From Octopus bimaculoides (lineage: Eukaryota), in the NCBI RefSeq assembly GCF_001194135.2, contig NC_068982.1, forward strand, positions 182,374,389 through 182,437,837: a stretch of 63,449 nucleotides of DNA, in the 5' to 3' direction. The notes below the pieces were generated by a model that saw only the letters and a list, made by a program, of their open reading frames with translations, was not told the origin of the DNA and made no database searches. The position numbers were made by a program, and so were the translations under genes. This document shows, piece after piece, positions 36,627 through 50,874 of this stretch. How positions within the stretch are numbered: position 1 is the first letter of the stretch; every line of letters begins with the position of its first letter.

Positions 36627-39600
36627 TCAGCAACCATCATCATACTAATTACCATTAATATTTATATCTTTTGAACGAACTGACTTTTGAAGGTAGGATT
36701 GCGTCAGCAAATATAGATTTTATGATTATTGGTGGTATATAATTATTCATAAACAAAATTAATATCTAATAGCTTTATATTTGACATCAGTCTTTCCCGG
36801 CATATAATTGTCGCTGCTTTGGTATGATTTATCATGAAAATTTGCTTTTCTAATAAAGTTAGATCTTATCGTCTAACGCATGTTCTCTTTTCATAACTTA
36901 TTTTATTTTTTGCATTCTAAGAGGATAGTAATTTTGCAATGATTAAACTATTTGATATATATATATATATANNNNNNNNNNNNNNNNNNNNNNNNNNNNN
37001 NNNNNNNNNNNNNNNNNNNNNNNNNNNNNNNNNNNNNNNNNNNNNNNNNNNNNNNNNNNNNNNNNNNNNNNNNNNNNNNNNNNNNNNNNNNNNNNNNNNN
37101 NNNNNNNNNNNNNNNNNNNNNNNNNNNNNNNNNNNNNNNNNNNNNNNNNNNNNNNNNNNNNNNNNNNNNNNNNNNNNNNNNNNNNNNNNNNNNNNNNNNN
37201 NNNNNNNNNNNNNNNNNNNNNNNNNNNNNNNNNNNNNNNNNNNNNNNNNNNNNNNNNNNNNNNNNNNNNNNNNNNNNNNNNNNNNNNNNNNNNNNNNNNN
37301 NNNNNNNNNNNNNNNNNNNNNNNNNNNNNNNNNNNNNNNNNNNNNNNNNNNNNNNNNNNNNNNNNNNNNNNNNNNNNNNNNNNNNNNNNNNNNNNNNNNN
37401 NNNNNNNNNNNNNNNNNNNNNNNNNNNNNNNNNNNNNNNNNNNNNNNNNNNNNNNNNNNNNNNNNNNNNNNNNNNNNNNNNNNNNNNNNNNNNNNNNNNN
37501 NNNNNNNNNNNNNNNNNNNNNNNNNNNNNNNNNNNNNNNNNNNNNNNNNNNNNNNNNNNNNNNNNNNNNNNNNNNNNNNNNNNNNNNNNNNNNNNNNNNN
37601 NNNNNNNNNNNNNNNNNNNNNNNNNNNNNNNNNNNNNNNNNNNNNNNNNNNNNNNNNNNNNNATATATATATATATATATATATACTCCGTATTTAGATT
37701 TATGTATAACATCGAGGTCCTTAGGAAATTACCAGCGTGAGAATCTTTTATAATACTTCATTATATATTTTACATTACATTCCCATAATGTATAGACATA
37801 ATATCACACAATTTTGAGAGTCGTTAAAATGAAATTATATAAAATCAAGTATCTACCTATTACATATTTTTGTCGATCCTGAAATATAAATATCACAGCC
37901 AATCTCTGTGGGTTTCTGCTCAGAAGCCTAGAGAATGTAACTGAATATTACAAGGCAGAATGCCCATTATCGTATCGATACTGCATATCTGCTTACCACG
38001 CATACAGTAATTTATACAGTTCAGGACTTCTGCTTTAAATATTTGACCTACAGGTATGATGTCACACCCAAAATATGCAGTCATTTACTGCAAATCACAT
38101 CAAAATCACATTAATCCAGACGCAAGTTCGCGTATTTCTGATCATTGCTTGCTACGATATTAATGAAGATGAATGATTTCTTCTCAAAAAAACCACCACG
38201 GTAAGAAAAGAAATTAATTTGAAATGATCAGAAAGAATATTACAATTCCATGTTGGTGGATTAAACAATTACCGATGCATAAAGCGATAGCCGAATACTG
38301 TAACACGAGCAATTTGTTTGTCAGTGTGGCATAGTTTCATTACCAGAAATTCTTTGAATGTGTTCCCCAATTGTAGAGTTTTCGGACTACATGTGACAAT
38401 CTTTATATTCCTTTATTTTTCAGGAACAGTGTGATGTATTGGTGAACAGAACAGTCAACGGTGCGGGAGAGCATTAAGTTATACCTATGACGTTACGGAA
38501 AATCTGATATGAATGTCTGGTAACTATCTCAATATTAGATAACAGTTACCTGCATCATGATGATTTGTTCCAGGTACCAAATTTTCGACATTATGACTGC
38601 TGCTCAAAACTCTGTGAAAACTGCGACTGTTATAAGACTTGATATGGACAGTACAAATGAAACTATGAAGCCGTGAACAGCAGAAAGAAACGCAAGGCTG
38701 CTTCCGCACAATTCAGGCACAATTCAGACGGGTGTGTGAAGCTGCTGGAGATTGTGGTCAATGCTTGCCTGGAGAGGCTTCCTGCTAGAACGTCATATTC
38801 GTGACAGCAGGATTCGGCTCCTTCCCATATATCCTAAAAGAGACAAAAGTGGTAGTCGGATAATTTCTGCGACTTCAATACCCCCATATAATCCCAAAGA
38901 TTACTAGCTGCACGGCACAGTTGCGAAAAGCACCAGCCATTCTACCAACAAGATCAAGGTAAGCGGATGGGAGTTACTTTCAGTAAACTATTACTTCCAT
39001 TCATAATCTAGTTGATATATTTTTATTTTTAAATATTTTAAATTTTGGATAGTATACTGTTTTCTTTTCCTTTTATATAAACTGTCAAATTCAGCCATAA
39101 CTTCAAGCTATATCGATCCTATAACACGTAGGCACACTAAACATGTATAGATAATGGCAAAGGAATATATGAAGAGGGAAATTATGAAGACTTTGTCTTG
39201 TCTACCAGAAATCAAATATCCTAAGTGATTACTTGTCTTTGCACTTCTCCCCGCATGTGGTTAAATTCTTTCAAATCACATACTCAAAAACAGGTTTGTT
39301 TCGGAAACCCATATTATTGAGCATTCAACCCTTTCCTACATGGAAAACCCTATTCTGTTTGTTTGGATAAACTTGACAAGTTATACAGATATAAATGGCT
39401 ATAGGTCTGATAGCTTTATTCTTCGTGAGGAAAGAATGCAATATCTACGATTCTTTACATGACACCTGCCATTAGCCGGAGGAGGAAAGGAAGATATCTC
39501 AAAGTTGATACCTTTCTCAAAGGATTTCAGCATAGTTTATACCGTTAAAGACACCAAGTGGCCAAATGGTGGTATTACACCGCGGTACGGATTAAATCTG

Positions 39601-42374
39601 ACACTCAGTTCTGTTTCTGCTAATTCTTTGTGTTTCAGTCGTTATAGGAATTGTGTACAATAAACATAATTGTTTTGTTGTGTTCCGATTTTTTACTGCT
39701 TAAATTTTCGGTACTGATATTATTATTCATGTGCTATTGTTAACGGCATTGTTAACAATGATGCAAATATTATTGCAGAACTGATAGTGTTCGCATTACG
39801 CTAAACATTTCCTTCCTTATCAACCGAAGAAGCCCGTTGGCTATCACTAATACGCTGATCATATTCCATCATTACAAATGCAGGTATTCTGAAATAAAAT
39901 TTCGCTATGAAAGAAGAAATAAATTTCAAATAACGAAATTTCTTCTAAATAGTGACGATATATCACAATAAATCCATCCTCCGCTTCTTCGACGGAATCA
40001 TAACAGATTAAATAACATATTTTTAACTTACAATAATGTAAAGAAATATTATATCATAACAAACAACAGATGCCTACTGTATTGACTCACCAGGCGAAAA
40101 TGGTGGAAAATAAAGCAACAATTTAAGCTAAAGATTCGGAGGAGGGCAATAGCGAATTTTATCGATTCAACATTTTAGGGGTGATTTATATATTAGGATT
40201 TGAAAGTATAAAAGTATAAAATTTTCACCTGCACTGGATTTGAATTCAGAAACAGTCAGTGGAGCAAAATATTAGGCAATATATCAAAATAAGTTACACA
40301 TTTTGTATACAAAATAAATGCAAGTCGCTTCAAAGCCTTACGTAATTCCAAGAATCCCGCATCCAAGACATCACTGTATTTCCTTCGCTTTCTGCAGGCT
40401 AGCACTACAGAAACGCCCATTTAAATTTTATGTTTTAAACTTAATCGGCTATACAGACGCTATGTGATTACAGGATCTGTCGATGGATCTTTGACGTTAT
40501 CTTCCCATCTAGAAGAGCACGTACTCATGCCACTCAATCTTAATCAGAACAACTTTTGGCTCATCATCTTTTCGAGGCAACATTAAACCGAATATAGTGA
40601 TGTTAGCCCTTAACTTGGTATATAGCTCGTGTACACTGCAATATTTGTCATAGACTAGCGCTTACATTTTTTCTGGTACCGCATTATATATATATCGCTT
40701 TTTTTTCCGTTTACGTTTATTTTCAGTTTCTTTCTTACTGTACACTGCACATTATCTCCTTTCTGTAGTCTACATATACTGCATACCATTTCAAAATCCC
40801 TGATGTTGTTAACGTTGATGCGAAACTTCGTTTGGATCAGTTCTGGCTATGAAAGGAGATGCGTCCGACATAGAAATTGCGTTAGCAGGAGCCATGCTCT
40901 TTACATTTAAGACCTAGCGTTATTGGTGCTGCTGTCGCTGCTTCAGCTAATGCCTGCTCCTTTTTTTTATACTTTTCGTCTAATCAGAAGGCACTCCCCA
41001 TGTGACATTTGCTTCCACTACATGCAGCAGCTGGATGATTCTAATATGTGATACCATAGTCTGGTTCCATAACAATTCACATGTCTTGGATCATCAAGTT
41101 TCACCGGAAAATGCAAATCCGTGCTACTGCCACTAGATCATAACTTCGTTCAGGTATAGGCGAATTTACCATCACCCCTACTGATTGTCACTGATGACGA
41201 CTAGCTGAATGTCAGCATTCGTGCAAATAACACTGTCCCTGGTTTTGTTATTCATGAGACGTCTGTACGGGGTCACACATGACTATGGCGGGATTACAGA
41301 TCAACGGTTGTCCCGTCCACTTGTCTGATTCTTAGTATTAAACTCAGACATCGCTCATGTATTACTTGCACCAAGCAATGAACACGCAACGTGACACACT
41401 ATCACACTATCATCAGCGATTCTTCCAAGTTCTCCTCCCAGGGTATAAGGCCTGCCTTCCAATTTTGTAATAGAGGTATACTGAATTTCTCCTCAACACA
41501 GTCTTTAATTAACACCCCCGCTGCCAAGTAGTCGCAATAATTTATTTAAGACATATTTCGTTATTCTCTTTGGTCCACCATCACAATAGTTATTATTATT
41601 GATTTTAATATAGTCTTTTATTGACGGTTCAGTTTTCCCTCCCCGCCTGAAATTATTGTTTTCTTATGTATTTTGATGTATATCTTTTTGTTCCTTTTAC
41701 TTTTATCATCTGAGTCTCTCCCTTAATGATTAGGTTTTCTTTGTTTCTTTTCTTATATATTTGATTTTATAATTCATTATAATTGTCTGGAAATATTTCG
41801 TTCATTTATGGTTATTGGAATTACTAATACTACCACTGTTAGAACATTCTACTCAGGTGATTTTGAACCAGGAAAAAAAGCAGAAATCCTTCATTGCAAT
41901 AAAAAAGAAGTAAAAATTGCACCTAATGAAAAACATTCAACTCCAGGAAATAGAGTAGACCTTATATAACATAAAAGATTTCTGTTATTAAAAATGAAAC
42001 GTTAGAATACATTAATCACAACCCCGGAATTCCAAACATATATAGAGTGCTACAATATCGTATGATTATTTTAGGCCATCCCATTGTTTTTCTGCACTTG
42101 TTTCATTCTTATTGTGACAATCTCTGCTTCCTCACAATCCATTTACTATGAGACCAGCTAGCAGTTTCCAAACCAATGGAAAGCACGTAATAGGCCTAAA
42201 ATTATCAGCTGCTTCCTTTTCTTTATCGTGCTATAATAATACTATTTTACTTCTTTGCCTTCAATATATGAGGTCTCTTGTCTAAACGCTCAAGAAATTA
42301 TTGTATAAAACTGTGCTGTGAAATGTTTAAGCCTGAATCCTTGAACACCATCGGTTTGTTACTTTCTCTTCTGT

Positions 42375-42500
42375 AGGGTGTATGTGTGTGTGTATGTGTG
42401 CGTGTGTATGTGTGTGTGTGTATGTGTATGGGTGTGTGTATGTGTGTGTGTGCGTGCGTGTGTGTGTGTGTGCATGTGTGTGTGTGTGTGTGTGTGTGTG
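42375..42500. repeat. Imperfect (GT)n microsatellite
   Basis: Direct reading. Confidence 0.95.
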
Positions 42501-43599
42501 TTGTCAAGTATATTGAAAAAACTTGGACCTACTAATTAGCTTGCGAAAAAAAAAATAGAAAATAATCTTCTGTTATACATTGCACGTGTTAAGTGAAAAC
42601 GATCTGGTTTCTATTGCTCAAGCAGTAAAGATTCATAACAAAGTTGTTGGCATGAATAAGCGTGCAGTATAAGATATGAAGATTAAATCTGGTACATAAA
42701 TAATGTACGAAGGCAAGCAAAATGAGATGGGTGAGAGAAATCAAAGGGAGAAAAGCAAAAAAGACCATTCTTCAAGAAATAGATACAGCTAATAATGTGA
42801 CAGTATAAAACAGAAATAATGAATAAAGCATTCGCTAGATATAGAAGAAACATTACAAAGTGACTTAGTTACCATCGCTCACAACCTCGAATCACTCTGA
42901 AACAGTAAAATGTCAACTACGTCTTAACTTCTTTGCCGTCGATACACAGCTTTATAAGCAAAGGAGCTTATTCAGCTTTTCTAGTTCAGAAATTTCACCA
43001 ACCTTTTATAAAATGTATTGGCGGGCAGCATCTGGCTCACTATGTAATACTTGAAGAATTTCACGAATGCTTGGAGTGAGATAAAGCTCATTTTTAAATT
43101 TTTTCAAGTGCTCCTATTCTCTGTCTTACTTCGCTATGTGCGTTTGTCAGAAGATTTACCCATCTTTGTTTAGTAAAGGAAGGCATTGTTTCTATGTGTA
43201 CATTAGACTCGACTCACAGCCGCATTATCGTCCTTTGCGATATAACCCGAAATTTAGCAATACGCAGAAATTGTGAATGACTGCATGTCGTACATTTCCG
43301 TCACCTTTCGCTACCGGATGACATCTATAACGATAAAACAGAAGGAAGGGTAGTTGCAAGCTGTATGATTTCACTCGGTGTTTTACATTTCCAGGTAACG
43401 AAGATCTCAATATTACTTACAATACAATATGGTAAATATAATTTTTCTTCTTGTATGTGTACACTCTTTGTACGATTACGCGCTTTACACAAGTATCAGT
43501 TTAGAGATCATATTTTAAAACAGAATACACGTTATATGTATGTGTGGCGAATTGTGTATATGTGTCTATGTATGCTTCAACTGCATATGTGATAATATG

Positions 43600-43962
43600 A
43601 CGGTGATAATGAAGTTGATCATGAGATGAATAAATGTTGACATAACGTCAACGACGATGACAACGACGACGACGGCGACGAAGACAACGATGATGACGCT
43701 GATGATGATGATGACAGAGCGGATGAAGCGCTGCAATAACAGCAGGCAGAGCAAGAGTACCTTAAGACTGCCAAAGAGTTTCTTTATAAATAAAGATGGT
43801 ATTGACGACGACTGGCGCAATGACGAAAATAGTGATGTGGAGCTGGTGTGATGTTGCATAGACTGTATTGACGATGATGATAATGATCTTGCTCAGAATG
43901 ATATACGTGATAATTCGTAATGATAGTCATAAGCTTATTCTTGGTGAGATATTCATAAATTA

Positions 43963-44027
<65 letters not shown>

Positions 44028-44405
44028 TTATGTTTNNNNNNNNNNGGATTTGTACATAGTGTTGTTCTAGTGAATGTTTAAGAAACCATAACAAAATTAT
44101 GTGTTTGTTTTAAAATTTGAGATCACATAGACAGTATTTTACGTAGGATATGGGCAGTTCCCATGAGCACTATCTTTTGAACTTCAGCCATTTTGGGGAT
44201 TCTTGGTATCTGAGCTAGGTAGTAATCAGCCCGTTTCGCTGTCATTCCCAGGGCACCTATGACAATAGGTATTGTTGTCGCCTTCAGATTCCACATTTTG
44301 CTAATTTATATTTCAAGATCTTTATATTTGCTCAGTTTTTGGTGAGTCTTGAGAGATACGTTTATATCGATTGGGACAGTCATATCAATGAGGAGGTATA
44401 TTATA

Positions 44406-44436
<31 letters not shown>

Positions 44437-44445
44437 TATTATTAC

Positions 44446-44494
<49 letters not shown>

Positions 44495-44820
44495 GCTACT
44501 GTTAACATTCTTCGAAAGTTCATGGTGTTAGTCATGGCGATGAGGAAGATGGTGTCGATGATGATGTTGGAATACATAGAATAACGACGTTCACATTGTA
44601 GCAGCTGCTCATGTCGACGATGATGACAATAACGATGATAATAATGTTTATGTGACAGGTTGTTGACGCAACAGATTGTGAACGAAGTATTGATATTATT
44701 GATAATGGTGATATATGGATAGCAATATGGATATCGATCGTTTATATGATACCGATTATGATGCTACTACTGATGATGATGATTATCATCATCATCATGA
44801 CCATGATTCTGATGAGAATA
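43600..44820. repeat. Degenerate (GAT/GAC)n trinucleotide field containing two (ATT)n tracts (43966-44027, 44401-44494)
   Basis: Direct reading; interrupted by the LINE at 44026-44400. Confidence 0.8.
44026..44400 (-). mobile_element. R4/Dong-clade LINE, 5'-truncated, flanked by (TAA)n on both sides
   Basis: Minus translation: YLLIDMTVPIDINVSLKTHQKLSKYKDLEI*ISKMWNLKATTIPIVIGALGMTAK...EVQKIVLMGTAHILRKILSM*. Confidence 0.92.
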
Positions 44821-45289
44821 TAACGTAAAATTTTACATAACTTAAGTGGCAGTGCATTGCATCTTTATTAAACATACATTGGGTGTGTGATATATATTGC
44901 TTGCAAGATGGTTAAATATTTAATATTTACTCACAGGATATTAAATGTTAGAAATAAAATTTGAAAATGAAAATAATAATAAACACGAAATTCTAATAAT
45001 AAGTAGCTTCAAACAAAGAGCTCATATTATGGAGGCAGGTTGTAATATAAATGTATTTAAAAGCTATATTATTCTGTTACTTTTTATCGCGTTTCATTAA
45101 TCCGTAAGAAAAAAAAAACAGGGTAAACAAAGGAAGAAACTTTAATGTGAAAGTTAATATTTTAGGTTGAATAATAACTACGGAAAAGAGGAAAAGAAAA
45201 GTGTGATATGGTATATGGATACATGTCGGAAATACCTGGTAGAGTTGTTTATGCAGGAAGAATATTTAGAGCGTGGGAAAAAAAACACA

Positions 45290-45470
45290 TTTGCAGGATT
45301 TGTTCTGGTTCATTACGTTCTACGTTCCAATCCAGTCGAGGTTAACTTTGTCTTTTATTTTACCGGGTTCGCGAAATAATGCCCATGCCAAGTATTGGGA
45401 GTACATGATATTGGTTAATTCAATCCCTTACAGATAACGGGCCTTGCAGTTAATTGAGAAATCGTTAACT
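45290..45470 (+). mobile_element. Old SINE family A copy
   Basis: cgttccaatccagtcgaggttaactttgtcttttattttaccggg...acgggccttgcag. Confidence 0.5.
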
Positions 45471-45969
45471 TTTCTTTTAAATAACGCCTAGATTCCTCTC
45501 ACTTTCATCAATATGATTTTCTTTGAAATATGCAGTTTGTTTACATTTAAATGCAGTAGGATGATAGACAAGAAAATTAAATACTTTCCGAGCAGGAGTC
45601 AATTTCTAAAAGACTAGAAATAACAGCATTTGCTCTTTACTTATTACTTACTAAATACAAGTAACTTTTATGAGTTAGAAATTTACGAAAGATCTCTGTA
45701 CACTATTCCAGATTAGATATACTGACACATGTTTTTCAGGTCTAGTGACGCCAAATGTTTTCTAACTGTCGACTGGTGACAGCAGGTGGGATGTTGGCAA
45801 CAACATGAAAGACAGCCATTGTGTGGATATCAGCATAATAGATTTACATTCACAAACGTTCTCGTAATATCCGGATACGATGGAGTGAGAATCGGAAAAG
45901 ATTCGATGCAAATATGAAATAATAATAACACCAACAACAATAAACATAGCAATAATCCTTTCTAATTTT

Positions 45970-47520
45970 GGAGAGTGGAAGCGTAATCAGCCGCTATTCA
46001 TGGATGGTTTGAAGATGATCACAAAAAGTGAAACAGAACTGGACAGTCTAGTCCAGTATGTAAGGATTTTGTCAAAAGATACCAAGATAGAGTCTGAACA
46101 TTCGAAATGTGCTCTAATGGGGATCAGACGAGGAATGCTATATCTATGCTAAGTTGAGAAATGTTTAAGACAATTGAACCTGAATCTTGGTATAAATAAC
46201 TGCGAATATTGGAGGCTGATGGAATTCAGTATTATGAAAAGAAAGAAAAGACAACGAAAGAGTATCTGTGGCGACGGAGAAAAATATTGAATTTAAAGTC
46301 GAGTGGCAGAAACACAATTTCGTCAATAAACCTGTGCGCAGTCACAGTGGTTGTATATGGCGCCGGAATGCTGACGTGGACAGATGAACTGAAGGAGTTA
46401 AACAGGAAGACAAGAAAACTCCTAACAATGCATGAAGCCCATTATCCGCGTGCAGACATTGATGGCCGATATATGAAGAGAGCAAATGGAGGAAGTGACT
46501 GATAAGTGTGGAAGACTGCATGCATATCGAACTTTGGAACCTGCTGAGGTATCTAACCCAAAGTGATGAAACCTTGCTAGGAACAGTTAGTGATGAGGGC
46601 AGATCGAAATGAGGAAAAAAGAAAAGAACTAAACAAAAAGTGCAAGGAGATGAAGAAGCACCGCGCAATAAGGTACTACACAATCAGTTCCATGTAGCCA
46701 CAACCGAAGTTGCTGGGAAACAAGATAGGACTGGTTGAAGAAGAGAACGCTGAAAAAGTGACCGGAAGCACAATACTGGTAACGCAAGACCAAGTTTTAT
46801 CTACAAATTAGAGCTTTAGTTATAAATAGTAATGAGCAAGTGTCTCCACCCTGTCGAATTTGTAATAGAGTTGACAAAAACCATTTTTCATATCGTTAAC
46901 GAATGTGCTCGACTTGCCCAAGCCCAATATAAGCTGTGGCAATATGATGAGGTAGCGAAAGTACTACACTGGAAGCTTTATGAAAAGTAAAGCCTAGAGA
47001 GGGGCAAGTCATAGTGTTAGCACGAACCACAGAGAGTGACGGAGTCGGAGACCTCTAAATTCGCTCGGGATTTTCCAATCCAAACAAACCAGGCGTTAAA
47101 GCACAAGCAGGACCTATTGTTGGTGGACAAGCTGAACAACATGTGCTCTATAATTGATGCTGTGTGTCCCCTTTGTCACACGAATAGTCAAGAAGGAAGG
47201 CGGAAAAATAGATACATACAACACTTTTAAATATGAGATAGTTCGACTGTGGAAAAGGAAGACAGTGGAGATAGTGCCAATTATTGTAGGGTTCTCGGGG
47301 ACAGTATCAGACGGCATCAACAGGGATATAAAAGAAATCGGAATAGAATGCCTAATAGAATTTTTACAAAAGGTTTGCCTCTTTATCAATGCCAGAATCA
47401 TCAGGAAAGTACCAGATAGTTTAAAAGAACATATTATGGTACCGTAGGCTGCAGATAGCAAGCCTGCTGTACATGTAAGACTCCAAATGTTCCAACCGAA
47501 CATAACTTAGATTCTAATGG
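45970..47520 (+). mobile_element. R4/Dong-clade LINE, RT C-terminal half through endonuclease and 3'UTR, degenerate
   Basis: LFMDGLK (mutated FMDD, 45994-46014), KCA, KEYLWRRRKIL, NRKTRKLLTMH, CRIC..HIVNECARLAQ, QDLLLVDK, KYEIVRLWK, VPIIVG, FLQKVCL..ARIIRKV. Confidence 0.92.
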
Positions 47521-47539
47521 TGAACTCTCCTGTCGAAGA

Positions 47540-47700
47540 CGACGTATGAGCGTTCACCTCTTGCCGAACGACCTGCACAAATGCTTTGTTTATAGTGATC
47601 AAATGTTCATGCCACACATTAGCTCACGCTTTCCATCAAATCGACGTTACTTGAGCAGGTGCACGGTGTACCACACGTGTGCTGACAAGTATTGCCACAT
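47540..47700 (-). mobile_element. Probable SINE-like remnant
   Basis: gagcgttcacctctt and the following segment resemble the reverse complement of ~690-730 (gaagggtgaacgag); weak. Confidence 0.3.
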
Positions 47701-47931
47701 CCTTAGAAAAACCTTATCAATTTAAATGCATTTATTGTACTACTTGAAGATATTTCTTTAAGGCCTCAGCCAATTACCCTCTCCAAACTTTCAGTCATAC
47801 TGTAACATCTCTTATCCTTCACTCGCCCTAGAACGCTGGGTATGTCTCGGTGATTGTAACTAATATGCAAATTAAAAATAAATAAATAATAATAATAATA
47901 ATAAAACAGACAGATCCGTCCNNNNNNNNNN

Positions 47932-47981
<50 letters not shown>

Positions 47982-48179
47982 CATTATTATTATTTCTTTC
48001 TGGACATAATAAATTAAGGATTAATTTTGGAGCTGGAAATCATCCCAGTAAAACAAGACAGACTTTGCAGAGAAAAAAATTCATAACACAGAAACGATAC
48101 GAGATGACATAGACGACGGTATTTGGTTAGAGAAATGAATAATGGGGAACGAGACCAGGGGAATGCTTTCAGAGCATAA

Positions 48180-48570
48180 GAATAGGTCCTAGGGTAAAAT
48201 CACATCAAAACGAGATTAGACAAACAGGACTGTTAACGGAAATATCAAAATATAAAATGCGCGATGATACGTGTGGTAGATTGATAGTATATCAGAATGA
48301 CAAGAGTTTAGAGCAAAATGAATACAAATAAAGAGTAGATATGGTAAGATTGCTACAATAATTCTGTGGAATATATTCACGAGTGTCGGTTTTGCAAGTA
48401 CAGAAAAGAGTTACGACAATTTAGTGGACACAGAAAAGGAAAACATCGAAACACTGAAATGAGGTGGTTGTGGGATTTTCTTATACGAAATGAGGGAAGA
48501 ATAGAACTTGACAGATTGGAAAGTGAAGCCGTTAATACGTATAAAGTGTGTGGCATGCCCATTTCATATC
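48180..48570 (+). mobile_element. Highly decayed R4/Dong-type zinc knuckle/endonuclease fragment
   Basis: Broken motifs EQNEYK*R and WLWDFLIRNE at spacing similar to the better-preserved copies. Confidence 0.45.
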
Positions 48571-48696
48571 GCAATCAAGCAATGAAAAGACCTGCGTAAC
48601 AGTATTATACTGAATTGGAGTGGGAAACTTTCGGATGTGGAAACAGAAATTAACAAAGTAAGTCATGCCGTTGTAGATCCTTATATACATATATGG

Positions 48697-48770
<74 letters not shown>

Positions 48771-48782
48771 GTGTGCGTGTGC

Positions 48783-48816
<34 letters not shown>

Positions 48817-48820
48817 ATAC
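48697..48820. repeat. (TA)n(GT)n(ATGT)n compound microsatellite (SINE tail)
   Basis: Direct reading. Confidence 0.93.
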
Positions 48821-48982
48821 AACGGGTTTCTTTCAGTTTCCATCTACCAAATCCACTCATAAGGTTTTGGTCGACCCAACGCCACAGTAGAAGACACGCA
48901 AGGTGCCATGCAATGGCAATGAACCCGGAACCATGTGGTTGGTTAGCAAGTTACTTAACACATAGCCACTCCTGCACCTCGT
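48820..48982 (-). mobile_element. tRNA-derived SINE family C
   Basis: ggtttctttcagtttccatctaccaaatccactcataagg...gaacccggaaccatgtggttgg...agccactcctgcacc. Confidence 0.8.
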
Positions 48983-49689
48983 ATGTAGGTATGTTTGTAT
49001 GCTTATACATATGTATACTTACATATATATTTATGCACGATCTTACACTTAGGAACTAATACGTTCATGCAGCTTAATTCAAAAACAAAGAAATAGTTTA
49101 CTTATTTTTGTTCAACATTTAATACAATTCTATGAGCGGAAACGAGAAAATACACTTTGAAGACTATTGACTAATACATTTAGATTAGTAATATAATGTC
49201 TTTGATAGAAATGAAGTAGAATATGGAAATATCTTCTAAGATGCCAATTTATTTTCCGATTTACATTCTTGGTTCTCTTATTTAAAAATGAAAACCAAAT
49301 GCAGAGACTATATATAATGTTAGATCGTACAATAAAAATGCATGATAAAAGAACTAATGATTGCAATCAATATATTGCCACAAACGTTTCATTTTCTGTT
49401 ATATTACGAAAGAGAAGTTAGAGTGGAATATATAATTGAAATAAATATAATCATCAAACAAATTTTCTAAAAAATATTGATATTTCGTGTATTTGTGGAC
49501 TATAAAATAGAGCTCATTCATTTACTGCTCCGTTTTCAAATTTCTATTCGTTTACTGATTAGGGAGACTAATCGGCAATGAATTCAGAAGTTCAGACGTT
49601 TTTGCTCGAATACAGTCGGCTATGAAATGTATGTGCATGTGTATATACCTTGATATCACACTGACATCCCATTTTAACAGTTATATTTA

Positions 49690-50874
49690 ACAAAATTACA
49701 TAAACATATATTGAAGGAATACTAAACAGAAAATTTATTCAGTAAAATCGCCATTGATTTCAACCACGGGCTCCAGACGACTGCCGCAATTTCTGCAGCT
49801 CTTCTGGACGGTCTCCTTGTTTATGTCGCTCAATGCTGCCATAATCCTTGCCTTCAGTTGAGCTTTAGTGTTACAAGAAGTTTGTTGGTCTCTCGGTCAA
49901 CTCCGCGCCTCACATAATAATCAAGGGGGTTGTAGTCTGGGATGTTACGTGGCCAGATGTTAGGGGTTATGTGGTCGTAGAAGTTGTCTGGAAGCCATAA
50001 CTAGGTTCTCTTGCTGGTGTGGCATGGTGCAGAGTCTCGTTGCTAGACATAGGGTCTGCCAGAAGCTACCCTCTTTACCCACGGCAGCACTACCTCCTCC
50101 ACGCACTTGATATAGGCCTCCGTGTTGAGTGTGGGACTGTGTGGAAAGATGAATGGAGGCATAACGTCGCGGTCACTAGTTATCACACCAAACACCATGA
50201 TATTGACTGGATGTTTGATTTTTATCACACTCTGTACATGTGCTGGAGGACACGACACGACAACGCTTCCTTTGTGTGTTCAGCATCTGATCCTGGTAGA
50301 AATGTTTCTCATCTGAGAAAACCTAAAGCATATTCAGTTGGAGAGGGTATATAAGTTCGTTCAAAAGCTTCGAAGCGTGGTCTTTTCTCTTGTCTTTCAT
50401 CGTTTGGAATAAATATTGGTCTTTCTCGTCTTGTATGAAGAATACCGAACATCTTCATACACTACCTGCCTCATAAGAAACTCAGTCACTCCCTGGAGAT
50501 GGACCCGTTTGACTTGAAGAAAACGTTATCAATCATGGCCTGGATCTCACCAAGAATTGCAGGAGTTCTTTTCTTATCAGAGCGATCAGAGTTTTCCAAG
50601 ATGCCGTAGATTCGTAATCACCATTAGACTTGCACAACTCTTTCCGAATCCTCTGAACTGTCTTCAGATTGACACCCAAACACTCTGTAATGTTCGTATT
50701 GCAGCTTCCAGCGCAAATACCAAGCAGTGCAGCATGTTTCAAAATGTCTGTCAAGTGTAAATTACATCATGGTGCCGTTTTTCTCTATACCGTGCAGTTG
50801 ACAAAATCCAAAACACAGCAATTCGCACGCGCGGAATAAAACGTATAAAATGCAAACAATTTACCCATTGCAAG

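Noticed and set aside
43566-43859. Thr/Met/Asp-rich ORFs
   Set aside because: They derive from a degenerate GAT/GAC trinucleotide field.
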